Shown here one piece after another: positions 51,484 through 64,000 of a stretch of 64,000 bases of DNA. The DNA is taken from assembly GCA_030248215.1 (NCBI GenBank), contig JASANG010003930.1, forward strand, positions 62,001 through 126,000, given 5' to 3'. Every line of letters begins with the position of its first letter. Positions within the stretch are counted from its first letter, which is position 1. Source of the stretch: Enoplolaimus lenunculus. Taxonomy: Eukaryota. The position numbers and the translations under genes were made by a program. Below the pieces are notes generated by a model. The model searched no databases, had not been told where the DNA came from, and worked only from the letters and a program-made list of their open reading frames with translations.

Positions 51484-51858
51484 TACTGTACTGACACGAA
51501 TAAGAGGGGGACAGATTTCTGTTTGAGCTCTTCAGATATTTCCCCTTTGTTATTAGGTTACGGACTGTTATTTGTTTTTAACCCACGCTCCGCCTCTCTT
51601 CGTTACTGATATATATGGTACAGCGATTATCAGTTGAATTAAACGTTTATTTGTCTTGTACAAAAAGCTTGAGCGGTAATTCAAGGTTATATTTAGAAAT
51701 GTACCACAGTTCGGGATAATTGACATTTATGGACTATAATTAGGGTTTAGGGATTATCCGCTTGCAAGCTCTTATTAGGGATACGTACTCTTATTGATGG
51801 GGACTCAAAATAGGAACCCACCTCTTATTGCCCCCCTTTTATTCGGGTCACTACAATG
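51484..51858. mobile_element. MITE with TACTGTA-TGAC-CGAATAAGAGGGGG-type termini
   Basis: Inverted ends; the right half matches 26140-26285 in reverse complement; a degenerate copy lies at about 4267-4680. Confidence 0.6.
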
Positions 51859-54800
51859 CGGAATAGACCTGTGAGGCAATTTCAACGTAAAGTTTTTCTG
51901 AGCAACAACTTTAATACCGAAATTGGCAATGCATTTTTATTTCAACTTTGGCAATTTGGCTAATTTTGCCATGTGATTGGTTAAGCTTGAAAAACAACTG
52001 CGCACGAACGACCGAAAATTCAAAGAAGAAGCTGCTAAATATCACGAAAGTAAATTTTTAAATAATTGAAAATTATTTCTTGGTCTCTTATTCTCAAGCC
52101 ATAATTCTCATACGTACAAACTGATTTTATTGTGGCGAAGTGGCAATCTGCTTAATTTATAATTAAGTTTCAACAATTAAACATCGAAACTTATGAATAA
52201 ATGAATAACCCTATATTGTGCTAACGGCAGAAATCAACGTTTCTGTGTATTGCTTGTACTAAAACTTGTGTGTTCGTCTTGAAAATTAACTTCAGACTTA
52301 TTTGCAATAAAACGTTTGTAAACAGAAGTATTTAAGTGTAGAAAACTTAGCTGACCAATAACTTAAACCCAATAATTGTTAAAAATTACGTAGCTTATAA
52401 AACTGTGGAAAATTCCCCTGTCGAAATTACCGGAAACTCCGGCAAAAATTCTACCGGAGCCGGAAAGGAAGTAGATTTTTTTTACCGAAACCAGAGCCGA
52501 AGGCAGACTTCCGGGTGTATCCTGTTTCTATTATTTCCTATTCCAGCGATTGATATAGAGGTTAAAATACATCAAAATTTGAACTCAAATGTCTCTAAGC
52601 TACGTTAATGCGTTAATAAGTCTGTATATGGTAAATGAATTAAGGTTTCCGATACGCAGTGCGTTAATGCAGTGTGATTTAGTTTGAGCAAGAATGCATT
52701 TTCTAAAATGAAACATTTAAATTTCCATAAATATGTTTTCAAACTTGAAATAAAAATGCGAAGAAACTTTTCCCACCAAAGACTGACCCATTGGCGTCAA
52801 TGTTCACATCATATACAACGTACAAGGGCGTATGTCGGAAAACGGGGGCGAAAGATCTGTAAAGACTCGAAAAGGCACTACAATCTGTAGAAGAATAATG
52901 TGCACAAGACAAAAAATGTTCTCGCTCGCTACACTTGCTAGCAAAATAACATTTAGACAAAGTTATCCCCTCTCGGAATGAAATCTTGCCTATGCCACTG
53001 ACAACATACAGTGTACAGTGCACTTTTTTACTTTTGCAAAGCGGAAAATTAGCCTAGTTTCGCTGTATCTTTACGTTGTCCGGCCACATGTCACTCACCA
53101 AAAATCGCGGAGTTGCTACTGTTGTGGAAAAACGTACTTTCTTTTTTACTCGGAAAAAATTAGTACGTTTGGGGGTTGTTATTTTCAAAAAATTTATGCT
53201 GAGAGCATGAGAATTTAAGACAAAAAACACAACAATTCACAAAAATAATTCATGTTACTCAGGTGTGAAAATTTGCGTTTTATTCTGTAACGAAATTTAA
53301 TAATTTAATCGCGACTGAAACTCAAGGGAATAGTCAAGCGGATTTATACCGAAAGTAAATATTGCACCGGACGGCTGTCATATACTTAGGCATTTCTGTT
53401 TAATGCAAAGTTGGTCACAACGAGTTAAAGCTGGCGCAATGTTATACGGTACCTGAAAAATATCACAAAGTCGTCTCGGTAATACTGGCGAAGCGCAAAT
53501 GATTTAAGGATTTCTGTTCCTTCAACTATTAAAATTGCCTTCAAACTATAGTTAGTTTCACTACATTTAAAAGGACATTTATTAAATATTACACTTGAAT
53601 CCAGGGGGGGCTAGTTGTCACCCCTATGACCCTTTGCAATATCATAGGTTATGATCGTTTTCATACGGAAAATTGGGCCCAGTTTGCCCCATTGTTGTAT
53701 GTCACATTGACGCGTTCAATGACAATTTAACTTTACCGACTGTATAGCAATCACCGCCCGTGAATCTGATTAAATTCGATTTTAAAACTAAAATCCTTTC
53801 AAAACATGCGCCTCAGCTAACTTTTAGCTTAATTACACTATAGTCGAATACCATGCAGAGACACCGGAATGGTTTATTCTTGGAGCAGGGGCTTGGCAGT
53901 GACCCCAATAATGGAGGAGGCGCAAAGTTTCGGTTTTGGACCGGTTCGAACTTTGGTAGGCAATCAAGAGTCGAGTGGCATTCTAATTTAAACACTTTGC
54001 GAGTGAGGCAAGTAAAAATCCGCTGCATTTTTACATTAAATGAAATTCCTGCAACTTAATTCTGGTGTGTGTTTGGGTGTAGACTACCGCTCCAGATGCC
54101 GCTGTTCCCGCGTGCCTGATACCATAAGTTTCGCAATGGTGAAACGGTGTAGGTGACGATCAATTACGTAACTAATACGGCAATGTAAATTACTTGAATT
54201 TCGAGGAACATTGCACATTTCTGCAAAAACTATTGTAGACGTTTTGGTTATAACGGAACGGCAAAAGCAATCATGTTACTTACTTAAAGAACAAATTTAG
54301 TTCTAGGAAATTGTAATATAAACACCCGATAATTACACGGGCTTTCCCACTGAACGCCTGGGAGATTGGAAGACGGAGAGACTGGGAGGCTTAGTTTTAG
54401 ACTTTTAGTCTTAGGCTTAGGAGTTTTATTAGCCTATATTTAGAATTAAACTTAGGTCTAAAGTTTTGGTATTCAGGCGTTTATAGTTAACATGGGCCGC
54501 GAAATAAGTAAGACAGTGTAAAATCGAGGTATTAAATGACATTTGTGCCTATGGCCAGGGAACGTTAGGTGGGCTGCAGCTATCTAGAAATTTTTTGCTC
54601 CAAACGGAAAACATTTTACTTCGCTTATAAATATAGCGAAACTATTGTACGCGCTTTTCCTAACATTTTTGACTCCCCTTACACATTGAGCTGGCTACGA
54701 ATCTAACCTTGTTTTATGCGCTGTTGCTGTATAGTAAACAAACGATATCTGACAAACATTAATTGCTCGTCTCGTATAACTCAAAAAACCTGTAGTCGGA

Positions 54801-57800
54801 CATTACTACCAAATCTTAAGCAGTTCATCAATTTCAACACACACATGTAACAACTTAAAATGTGTACTCATAATATTTCATATTTAAACGAGTTTAAAAA
54901 TGCTAGAAAGAAAGTTTCGTTTTTTCAAACAATTTCTGGCCGTCTCCGTTAAATTATTCAAATTTAAATTTTATATCAAAACGTTTTCTAGCGAAAATAT
55001 ACATTTTCTCAATATGCTCAAATACGCCAAGCTACGATTGCACTCTGTCCATGTTGTGTCTCAGGCCAGCAATTAAGAATTATCAATAGAGGATGCAGAT
55101 ATGCTTATAGAGAAAGGAAGGCAAACTATTCTTATATGCGGAAATTTTTTTACTGTTATCGATAAATTGATCAGTTGGGGGGATGGTCTTAATTGGCGCG
55201 GCACCCCTTGGATTCCCAGTAGTTGATGTTTTGTTCAAGACTAGCCTCGTTTACGTATCATACCAGCTGTACAATTTTCACACTACGTCACTAGATTTTC
55301 TTTGCTGACATGTGAGTAAAACAATCTCGTGCGCGTTACGATGAAAAATAATGCGATTTTTGCAGTTGAAATTTCATTTCAAATTTTGAAACATGAAAAA
55401 TGTTTTACATTTTTACGACTTTTTTCTTTGGCTCTAAGGTATTAGTCATCGTCTAAACGCAGAGGATTTCCAAGTGTAGACAGTTCAAAAAGGATACTAA
55501 ATTTTAATTTGTAAAACTTAATAAGTTTCACTTCAAACTCTTAGGAAACACACGTGCTTTGCTGAATTTCTTTCTGCGAAATTAAACCTAAAGAGGGGTG
55601 ATATATTTTTTGACTATTAATTGGCGTTGTCCAGTGGTGCAAAACGTCATCTGGCGCCGTATGTTGCCGTACAACAAATATAGTCCCAGCCTTAATCTTT
55701 CAGTTTCACTTCCAGTGTTACATTGTTAGAGCGAGCAACGCGAACTCAAACTGTTTAGAAAGTTATCCGTGTCTACATAATTAAAGCTGGAACATCCTAC
55801 ATACGTATTCTGGGCAAATTTCCAGCATAACTACTTTGTTTACAATCCATATAATTAAAGCTGGAACAGCCCACATTTGTATTTTGGCCAAATTTCCAGC
55901 ATGCTTTGTTTACAATAGCTTCATAGCACACAGGCCGAATTGCAAATACGAATCTAGAGGGGATCCCGGGATCTCATCTCCTTATCAGACCCCAATGAAA
56001 TTGAAAAAAAAATTTCGCAATTGAGTACAAAAATAGCATCTGACTTTTCAATCGTGAGTTTTTAATGACTTTCACTATTTCTGACCCTTAATTGTCTAAA
56101 CATTTTGGGTACGTCTACCGTTCTGCTTGCTTCGCTCGCTAAACAATATTGCACGTAGGGCAGCTTGGGCCGACCGCTTCAGGCGTTGGACGACAAAAGC
56201 AACTTTAAAAACTCCACAGTAACCAAAAGGTAAGTTTTTAACAAGAAAACATTCCCTCATGTCTCGTAAGTGAATTTTTTCTTGGTACCACAGGAGCGTA
56301 TGGATGGACTAAATAAACACACATATGACACTACAAAACAAAGCTATTTTTAATCTAATGGTCCAGCATTTTGGTTTTCGGAGGAGGTCCAAAACCAATT
56401 TTGAAAACTTCATTTGATCCGGAAGGAAACTTTGTTCAAAATGTGTCCGGGGTTTCGCTCACTATTTCTTATTACACATGGGTTCAAAACAATTTTGCCG
56501 CTGTTAATAGTTCCCATGCTTATCGATAAGCCGAAATTTGCGCTTGCTGTGTCAAAGCAACTATTTTTAAGTTTATTTTCCACTTTTTTGGAAGATGACA
56601 AATATTTTACAATGGGGTTGCATCTCGCAGGTCCGAGGGTGGTTTCAGGTACCCAAGAGGCGGAACTGACATATATAGAAATTCCAATCTTGGATCCCTC
56701 TACCAGAAAATTCTAGATCCGTTGCTGCAGAATTGTTCTATAATTAGAAAAGTTGCATACATAATTTTATGCATTCACTAACACTTTTGTGCATTGTGCC
56801 AAGTTGAACGACTAGTATTGTTAGTTACTCAATAGTCAATACTACTTTTCACAGCTCCCGTTTTACACTTTCATTAGCCACCAAGGATATGATCGCTGCC
56901 GGAAGAATTAGTTAAAATGCTAATAAACAATTACTTAAAACGAACGCATTTAAATGAAAAACGTCAAATAATGTTACATATGGAAGCTGCTAAGCCCAAA
57001 TTCTTTAAGGACTCGGTTAAAATCATCAGTCGTGTTCTTGGGTATTATTCGGCAAAGTTTAACAGTTTACATAAATTGCGCGGTAGAAAAACTATCTGCC
57101 GCCGTAGCAACGCCTTCTGCATTTACCGCTGCCAATGTACATTGCATTTTATAAGGTACACGTTTACGTACTGTCTATTCGCTGAACACAGAGCGGTCAA
57201 ACTTAGGAAACAGAGTCTTATACCAACAGGTGAGAGACTATATATTTTCTATCGAAAGTTTCTGGAGAGACCAGACGAAGCACATTGAACAGGCTATGAA
57301 ATAACCTTCTGGGTCGTGAAAGACAAACATTTTAACGTTAGGCAAATAAATATCAACACTTCTGAATGACCTGTTTGGAAATTGGAAAATTCCTTGTTTA
57401 CCATTTTTGCACCTTAAAGTATATTCCTTTGAGCGTTCAGTATTGCAGAAAGCTGTTTTATTGCTTTTAAAATCGAACGCATTAGAAAATCTTTTTCTCA
57501 AATTGAGCAAAAACCAGCCCAGAAATCGTTTTTAAACGGTGTTCTCCTAACTGCACTGCTGCCAAATACAATAAATTTAGTTTTAATAGAAAAGAACTTT
57601 CTTAAAAAATTACATAAAAAATGATTGACATACAAATTAATGCATTGTGAGAAAAATGAAGACCATGATAACTACTGCTTTGAGTATATTGAACTTGAAA
57701 AATTTCACTCGAGTCACAACGGCAATGTATTGAACCGTGAAAAATTGTTTTCAGCCACAAAGCAAAATTTGTGCTTAAATTGTACATATGCATGAGAATA

Positions 57801-57928
57801 TGTTTTAAAAAATTATATCGTCAGCATGATTCTGACATTCCTTTTGCATGAGTGCTTGTTACTGAACATATTATATATACATATATATATGTATGTTTGT
57901 ATTTATCGGGGTTCAAACGGAATTCCTG

Positions 57929-58325
57929 TTCCGGCCGGAATTGCTGCAAAGATTCAACTCCTATTCCTGTTCCTGTTCCTGCATTCAAAGATGCAGGAAC
58001 CGTAATTTTTACGATTGTGGGGCAAAATGTTTGTAATCGTTTAAATACTAGAAACTTTGCCTTTGAAAATTGTTTTTTCGAAATGAGTGTTTTTCCAAAC
58101 AATTCAATTTTGTTAATAAACTATTTCTTTTCCGGCCGGAATTGCTGCAAAGATTCAATTCCTATTCCTGTTCCTGTTCCTGCATTCAAAGATGCAGGAA
58201 CCGTAATTTTTACGATTGTGGGGAAAATGTTTGTAATCGTTTAAATACTAGAAACTTTGCCTTTGAAAATTGTTTTTTCGAAATGAGTGTTTTTCCAAAC
58301 AATTCAATTTTGTTAATAAACTGTT
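57929..58325. repeat. Near-perfect tandem duplication of a ~201-bp unit within a repeat-family element
   Basis: TTCCGGCCGGAATTGCTGCAAAGATTCAA...TTGTTAATAAACT occurs twice; a diverged family member lies at about 50747-51190. Confidence 0.9.
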
Positions 58326-59588
58326 TCTGATTTTTTTGGCAAAATTTGATGATGAAATACCTGAAAATTCACATAAGCAGTTTCTTGGCAAGTTTTCTGC
58401 AAAATTCAATAGTAACTCAGTGGAGAAAAGGTGGATAAACGGAAAAAATGGAAAGGAAAAAACCTTTTTATTAATCTCAGTCAATGTACTCTCGAAACAG
58501 CGACAAAACATCACGAAGAACCGTAAAAAATGCAAGATTAACAAATGTATTTAAACGGTTTTCGATCTAGTGATAGCCGAATATTTAACCAAACAGTGTT
58601 TTATGTCATAAAGAAACTTTCCCTCGAAAACTCACACTAAAATATTAACCCCATCTCTTGATACTATATAACAAAATGTTATAGCAGATTAAAAAATTAA
58701 ACATTTGAACTGTGAAAAAAATAGTTCCGTTTAAAATGTCATAACCTCATTTTTTTAAAATTTAACGACACAGTAGTACTTCAAGAAAGACGAGTCTATT
58801 GAAGTTGCACGTTGAAATTGCAAAAAAATATTTCACGATATTTTAACTGTAATCTAGTATATATTATGTAAAATTTCACTCAAACTAAACTTGGCGATAC
58901 GACTTAAATGTCAGAGGATTTCGCAATGATAAAAATTTTCAACTCGTCTACTCTGTGCGAGAAGTTATCCAGCCAGTGTATAGAATAATACACAAAATCT
59001 GTAATATCTTTGATATAATACAACACAATTTCGCTTGTTTTCAATAAAATAGCTTGACTGCCCTGAAGCATGTCTTACTGTTTTTCATAACATTTGAAAT
59101 GGAAAAGAATGATTTGATATAAAAGACGCATAAGTATAACGTGACAAGTCCCAATTGTCGTAGAAGCTTGGGTTGTGAACTCAACAGCAATTTTTATTCT
59201 GCTTAGTTTTGTCGGCAGGAATAATATAGTCAAAAAGGTATCGCTGTTTGTTGCCCATAGATTATTACAATTTTAGCTTCGTGTGCTTGCAAATTGTAAA
59301 CGGTAGGTGGTCGGAAAACAACGGGATCAACGGTTTTTCCGTTTGATACGATTATAATAAGTTGAGTAAATAACTTGTGTGGCAGCGACAAAACATCGCG
59401 AAAACTGTAACAAATTGGCATGGTCACGCCTTTCATCCAGAAGGAGTTTCGCTTAAGTGTCAGGTTTGATTGAGTATAATGACAATCCGTCACATGGCAA
59501 CTCGTTCACCGATCACTTGTTGTTCGAAATGTTGTATGCTCGATAATTTGTAGCCCATCATTATGCTTAGGAATAGGCTTTAGATTAC

Positions 59589-59715
59589 GCTTAGAAATAT
59601 GTGTTAGGCTTTGGATTTAGCTTAGAAATATGTGTTAGGCTTTGGATTTGGCTTAGAAATATGTGTTAGGCTTTAGATTTAGCTTAGAAATATGTGTTAT
59701 GCTTCGGATTTAGTT
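59589..59715. repeat. 31-bp tandem repeat, 4 copies, containing TTAGGC-like words
   Basis: GCTTAGAAATATGTGTTAGGCTTTGGATTTA at 59589, 59620, 59651 and 59682. Confidence 0.9.
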
Positions 59716-62411
59716 TAGGACACAATCGGGCGACAAGTTGTCGGGAGCCGAATTGTTGTTGATTGACTTGATTGGTGTTAAAAGATGGATTTGCTGCTTT
59801 TGTTCGTTGTAGCCATTGAAAACAGATATAATTTCCGTTGATTCGACTGAAGCCTAATTTAACTCATAATTGTTTTGCTTATGAATCCTACTTGTTTGAT
59901 CTTAACTGACTGCTGTAGGTACATATTATATATTGGATTTTTTTGTAGTTATATAAGTGTGTAATCGTTTTGAACCAAACTTCTGATTAAAATTTATGTA
60001 CCAAATGAAACTGCAAATCCTATCAGCAGAGCTCATGCCGAACCCAAACACACAAAGCCAACTGATTATGATAGTTATATTTTGGCACTAATTTAGCGTT
60101 AATTAACGTGTTTACATTTGTTAAAGCACAAGCACATGTTTATGAATTTTTCGCTCTTTTTCCGGAAAGATGGAAAAAACCGTTTTTCCGGTCAATTCGG
60201 CCTTTTTGGTTACTTCTATTTTTTGGAAAAAACCAACCCTTGCGTGGAGCTCGAGATTTTCAGTTGCTTCAACTCTCTTGTAAACCTGTAACGTACTGAT
60301 GGTAGGTTCTGTACAGGCCTAAAAGTTTGCCTCAAAAATTTTATTCAGTCAAAGTGGTCACAATTTCTAGGATTCGACAATTCCAACTTTTACTATAGAA
60401 GCTACCAACACGAACCAAATAGTAGATAATGTTAAATAACAAACAACTGTTCACATTGACTTTGAAACACAACGGTAAAATGCTTAACGAAAATCTGTCA
60501 CACGAAATTCTAATTTGTTTTGTTTGCGCTTTGTCAAAAAAAGACAACCTACAGCGACGTGAGACAAACTACAGCTGAAATTTTGTTCCCTTTCAAAACT
60601 GTTGAAAACTTTTAAATTTCGATAAACATTAAACGTCGATGTCATCGTATACCCTTCTTCCGTTACCCTGCGCGTGAGACAATGCGACGAGCAATCATGC
60701 TTGGATTCACTCGAACGAAACGGTCGTCAAAATAAACAGTCCAAAAGAAAGAGAGAGATGAGAATTTATTAAGTGCGAAAAAATAAATATTCATTTTTTC
60801 AAAACAAATTCCCTCTATTGACATTGTTTTCAAACGGTAATGGTAGTGGTTGATCCAACGATTTGTGAAAGGGGCCCCGTACAAAATGTGGAAAAACCCA
60901 CGGGTGAACGAAGCGCGAAGCTAAACGCCATTTTAGTACTAAACCTTAATACAAAATCTTGTTTTTGATTTCTGTGGACGGACCTAGACCAAGGTGTCCG
61001 CCCATTGGATACGCCAGTTGGAAATGAAGAGAGCAAGAGCATAAGGTGGCAGAGGCGTCTCCACGGTTGGCAGCTGTCGAAACACGTGAACTTGTACTTT
61101 AATTTCGCGATCGACAACGTAAAAAAATATTTATGCAGACAAATAGAGAAACTATAGACAAAAATAACTGATGATATTGCAATTATATGAACTCATCTTT
61201 GAAATTTAATTTTGTTTTCTTGCACTAAATTTCTTGACAATTGTCAAAAAAATTTTGATACAATGTGATCATGTAAAATATGAAATCTATACCGTTCGTG
61301 TGCTCACTTTGCAGATATATGTCGCTGACCAATAATGTATTGTAATTGGGATAAACCTCTCAATATACTGTTTATGCCTAGGCTGAATGGCTATTTGCTC
61401 AAAATAGACAAACCCTGGCCGGCGCCACTACGAAATATGGACCACTTAGGAATTTAATGAAAATTGGCTGCTTTTACAGGTCTCTACGTGGTGAGTCCAA
61501 TGGTAAAATTTTCAGGTTTGCAAGGCCCTGGTTCAAAAGTTCGGACGTATATCCGCAAAAATGGTACCCATGAGCTAAGCTTGTCGAGATCTATAGGATA
61601 AATAACTTTTCATTAATTTCTAGGGATCTACATTCCGCACCTTCGCTAACTGACCTTGGTAGTCCAATTAGTATTGGCTGGGTTCCTAAAATCTTACTCA
61701 AGTATTTTTACTAACTGTTTTGCTTACGTGATTAATACTTGAGTCGCCGTCTTAGTAAATACTTAACTATTCGAGCACAAACAAATAAATGTCAATTTCT
61801 AGCCAGTATCATAAACATGGAAGTCGTTGTTTTGCTTTATATATAATAAAAATGCACCATGAGTGTACAATCTTGATAGGTTCAGGTATGATAAACTGAC
61901 TAAGTTATTAATTTAGTAGATACTTATCTCTGAAGACATACTTATGTAGGGTTTCAGAAACCTAGCCACTGTGGTCTTAATAACACTTTGGTCTACGACA
62001 TAGAACTGTGCCTGAGACAACATAAAACCTATTTTTCGTTAATGCATTTAAAACATTATGCGTATGCTTGAATATTAATAGCAGTGTGACATTTTTAGAA
62101 TCAAATAGCCGGCACTTTTAATCAAAGGATATATATTTCATTTTCAACTTGCAGGTATATTTATAAGGGCCGTATCAAACACTATGCACTTTCGCAAATT
62201 TGATACGCGGTTGTTTACCACAGGGCCATAGCTACGTGAAGGGGCCAAAAGGTTGATCGTCGCCTGCGTATATTTTCGATCCTGTGATCGAAATTTTTTT
62301 GACAGAATTAAAAAGATTCCATGCTAGGAAAGAAAATCCTAAACAACTTGATTTAAGCTTAAGCTAACCCAGCAGCATTAAACAAAGTTTCTAGATGACT
62401 AAACTAAAAGT

Positions 62412-63344
62412 AAACTAGGTAAAAGTGCCCCTAGAAGGGACAGATTGTGATGTTTCGCTTGAAGCATGTAAATGAGTTTAAACAAGGGTTAGTTAGACCA
62501 TAGATCAGTAGGTAATGCTTATAATATTAGCTCCATAACTTCTATGAAAATAGTTGTCATCTATATCTTTGACGGCTGTCTTTCAGTGTTAACACGCTTG
62601 CGGTCAGTGAAGCAAGAAACATATGGGCCCAGCGGACATCACCTATCAGCTTCATTTTAGCGTTTGTTGGGTTTTACAATGTTCAATTTATAAGTGATCT
62701 TATCTAGCATTCTTCATTGGAAGAGGATATTTTTTGAGTTTTAAACTATTATGTTTCTAAAACTGGATTAGTAAATATTTCAATATTGCAAGATTACAAA
62801 TTGCGTCTTTTGATTATCGAATAAAAAATGTCACGCATACGTGCTCGACTATTGTAGCTATCTTTACCATGACAATTTGATGATGTGAAGTCGAGAAACT
62901 TTTCCAAATTGTGTTCTGTGCCGTGACATATTAAAGCTATTCATCTAGAAAATACCATTCAAACGTTGCTAAATATTTCAAAGAACATATTCTGCTGGCG
63001 CTCAATTGAGATAACTTTTAAAAAGCAACTGACTGTTATACGAAATGAATGTTGAGAGTTGTACTTTAGAACGCCTTGAAAACCCATAGTGTCAATTTAT
63101 AACTTAACAGATGAAAGTTCGTTGGGCCCATATGTTTCTTGTTTCACTGACCGCAAGCGTGTTAACACTGAAAGACAGCCGTCAAAGATATAGATGACAA
63201 CTATTTTCATAGAAGTTATGGAGCTAATATTATAAGCATTACCTACTGATCTATGGTCTAACTAACCCTTGTTTAAACTCATTTACATGCTTCAAGCGAA
63301 ACATATCACAATCTGTCCCTTCTAGGGGCACTTTTACCTAGTTT
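62412..63344. mobile_element. Long-TIR foldback element (~930 bp, non-coding)
   Basis: About 220-bp nearly identical inverted arms (62412-62631 vs 63123-63344) starting AAACTAGGTAAAAGTGCCCCTAGAAGGGAC. Confidence 0.9.
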
Positions 63345-64000
63345 CTTTCTTTTACATGGGATACTGTGAGGTTTTATGCTAAGTGTACTCCTAAGCGTAC
63401 GCCTAAGCCTAAACAAAATATAAGTCTAAATCGTACACTTGCTCCATTGCAATCCATCAAAAAGCAGCCAGTTCTAAGCTATAATTCATGTGAGGTTATT
63501 ACAAAACATTACTGTCTTTGTTAGCAATTTCAGTAGAACAAACATCGCAAGGGACACGTAATCTATTACACGGTGTCATTAGCATTATAGAATAATATCG
63601 ACTAGCTATGGTAATTACATATTTGTAATACAATTTTTTCGAAAAATTACAAAAATCAAACTTTTAATAACAACTAACTTAAATGAGACGTTTAGGTGTC
63701 CAATTTGTGTATGGTGTCGAAGCGGCTAATTAGGATATTGTATACGTAAGTTACCTCATTCCAGCTCTGCTTTCCTGCAGAGAACATTCTGCAAAACTTT
63801 CAAAAAGCGTGCATTCTCGATGCTTGAAACATATATTGTAAACACTAACGTGTTTCAATGATTTACAATTAAGCTAATTTAAATTATGACATATTTTTAG
63901 TTTAAGCTAAACTTAATGAATTCTTACACACACACTATTTCTGAGCTGCACTTGTTACTTAATCCAAAAGCAAGTTTATGTTAATTTCGTGCTAAACTTT

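Noticed and set aside
57821..58554. Cluster of overlapping ORFs
   Set aside because: They arise from the 201-bp duplicated repeat.

Overview
AT-rich eukaryotic (animal) genomic DNA, most likely from a nematode: the splice acceptors are mostly TTTCAG/TTTTAG and degenerate TTAGGC tracts are scattered throughout. By reading GT-AG junctions I reconstructed a 35-exon minus-strand gene (CDS 46016 to 14446, 5544 nt, about 1847 aa) in which all intron phases are consistent. It encodes a type I membrane protein: signal peptide, an N-terminal His-brace (LPMO-like) domain, two EGF-like repeats, four DOMON domains, a SEA domain, a TM helix and a Tyr-rich tail. Two of the four DOMONs are nested inside a loop of the first. 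The combination of a candidate copper His-brace domain with Met/His-type DOMON (cytochrome-like) domains in one surface protein is the main finding. There is also a candidate 69-aa secreted or membrane peptide ORF at 9192-9401. The rest is intronic or intergenic DNA rich in MITEs (including a TTAA-flanked family carrying a tRNA-like core), a DINE/Helentron-like element, foldback hairpins and two minisatellites. No prokaryotic features or CRISPR arrays were found. Almost all other ORFs in the supplied track appear spurious.
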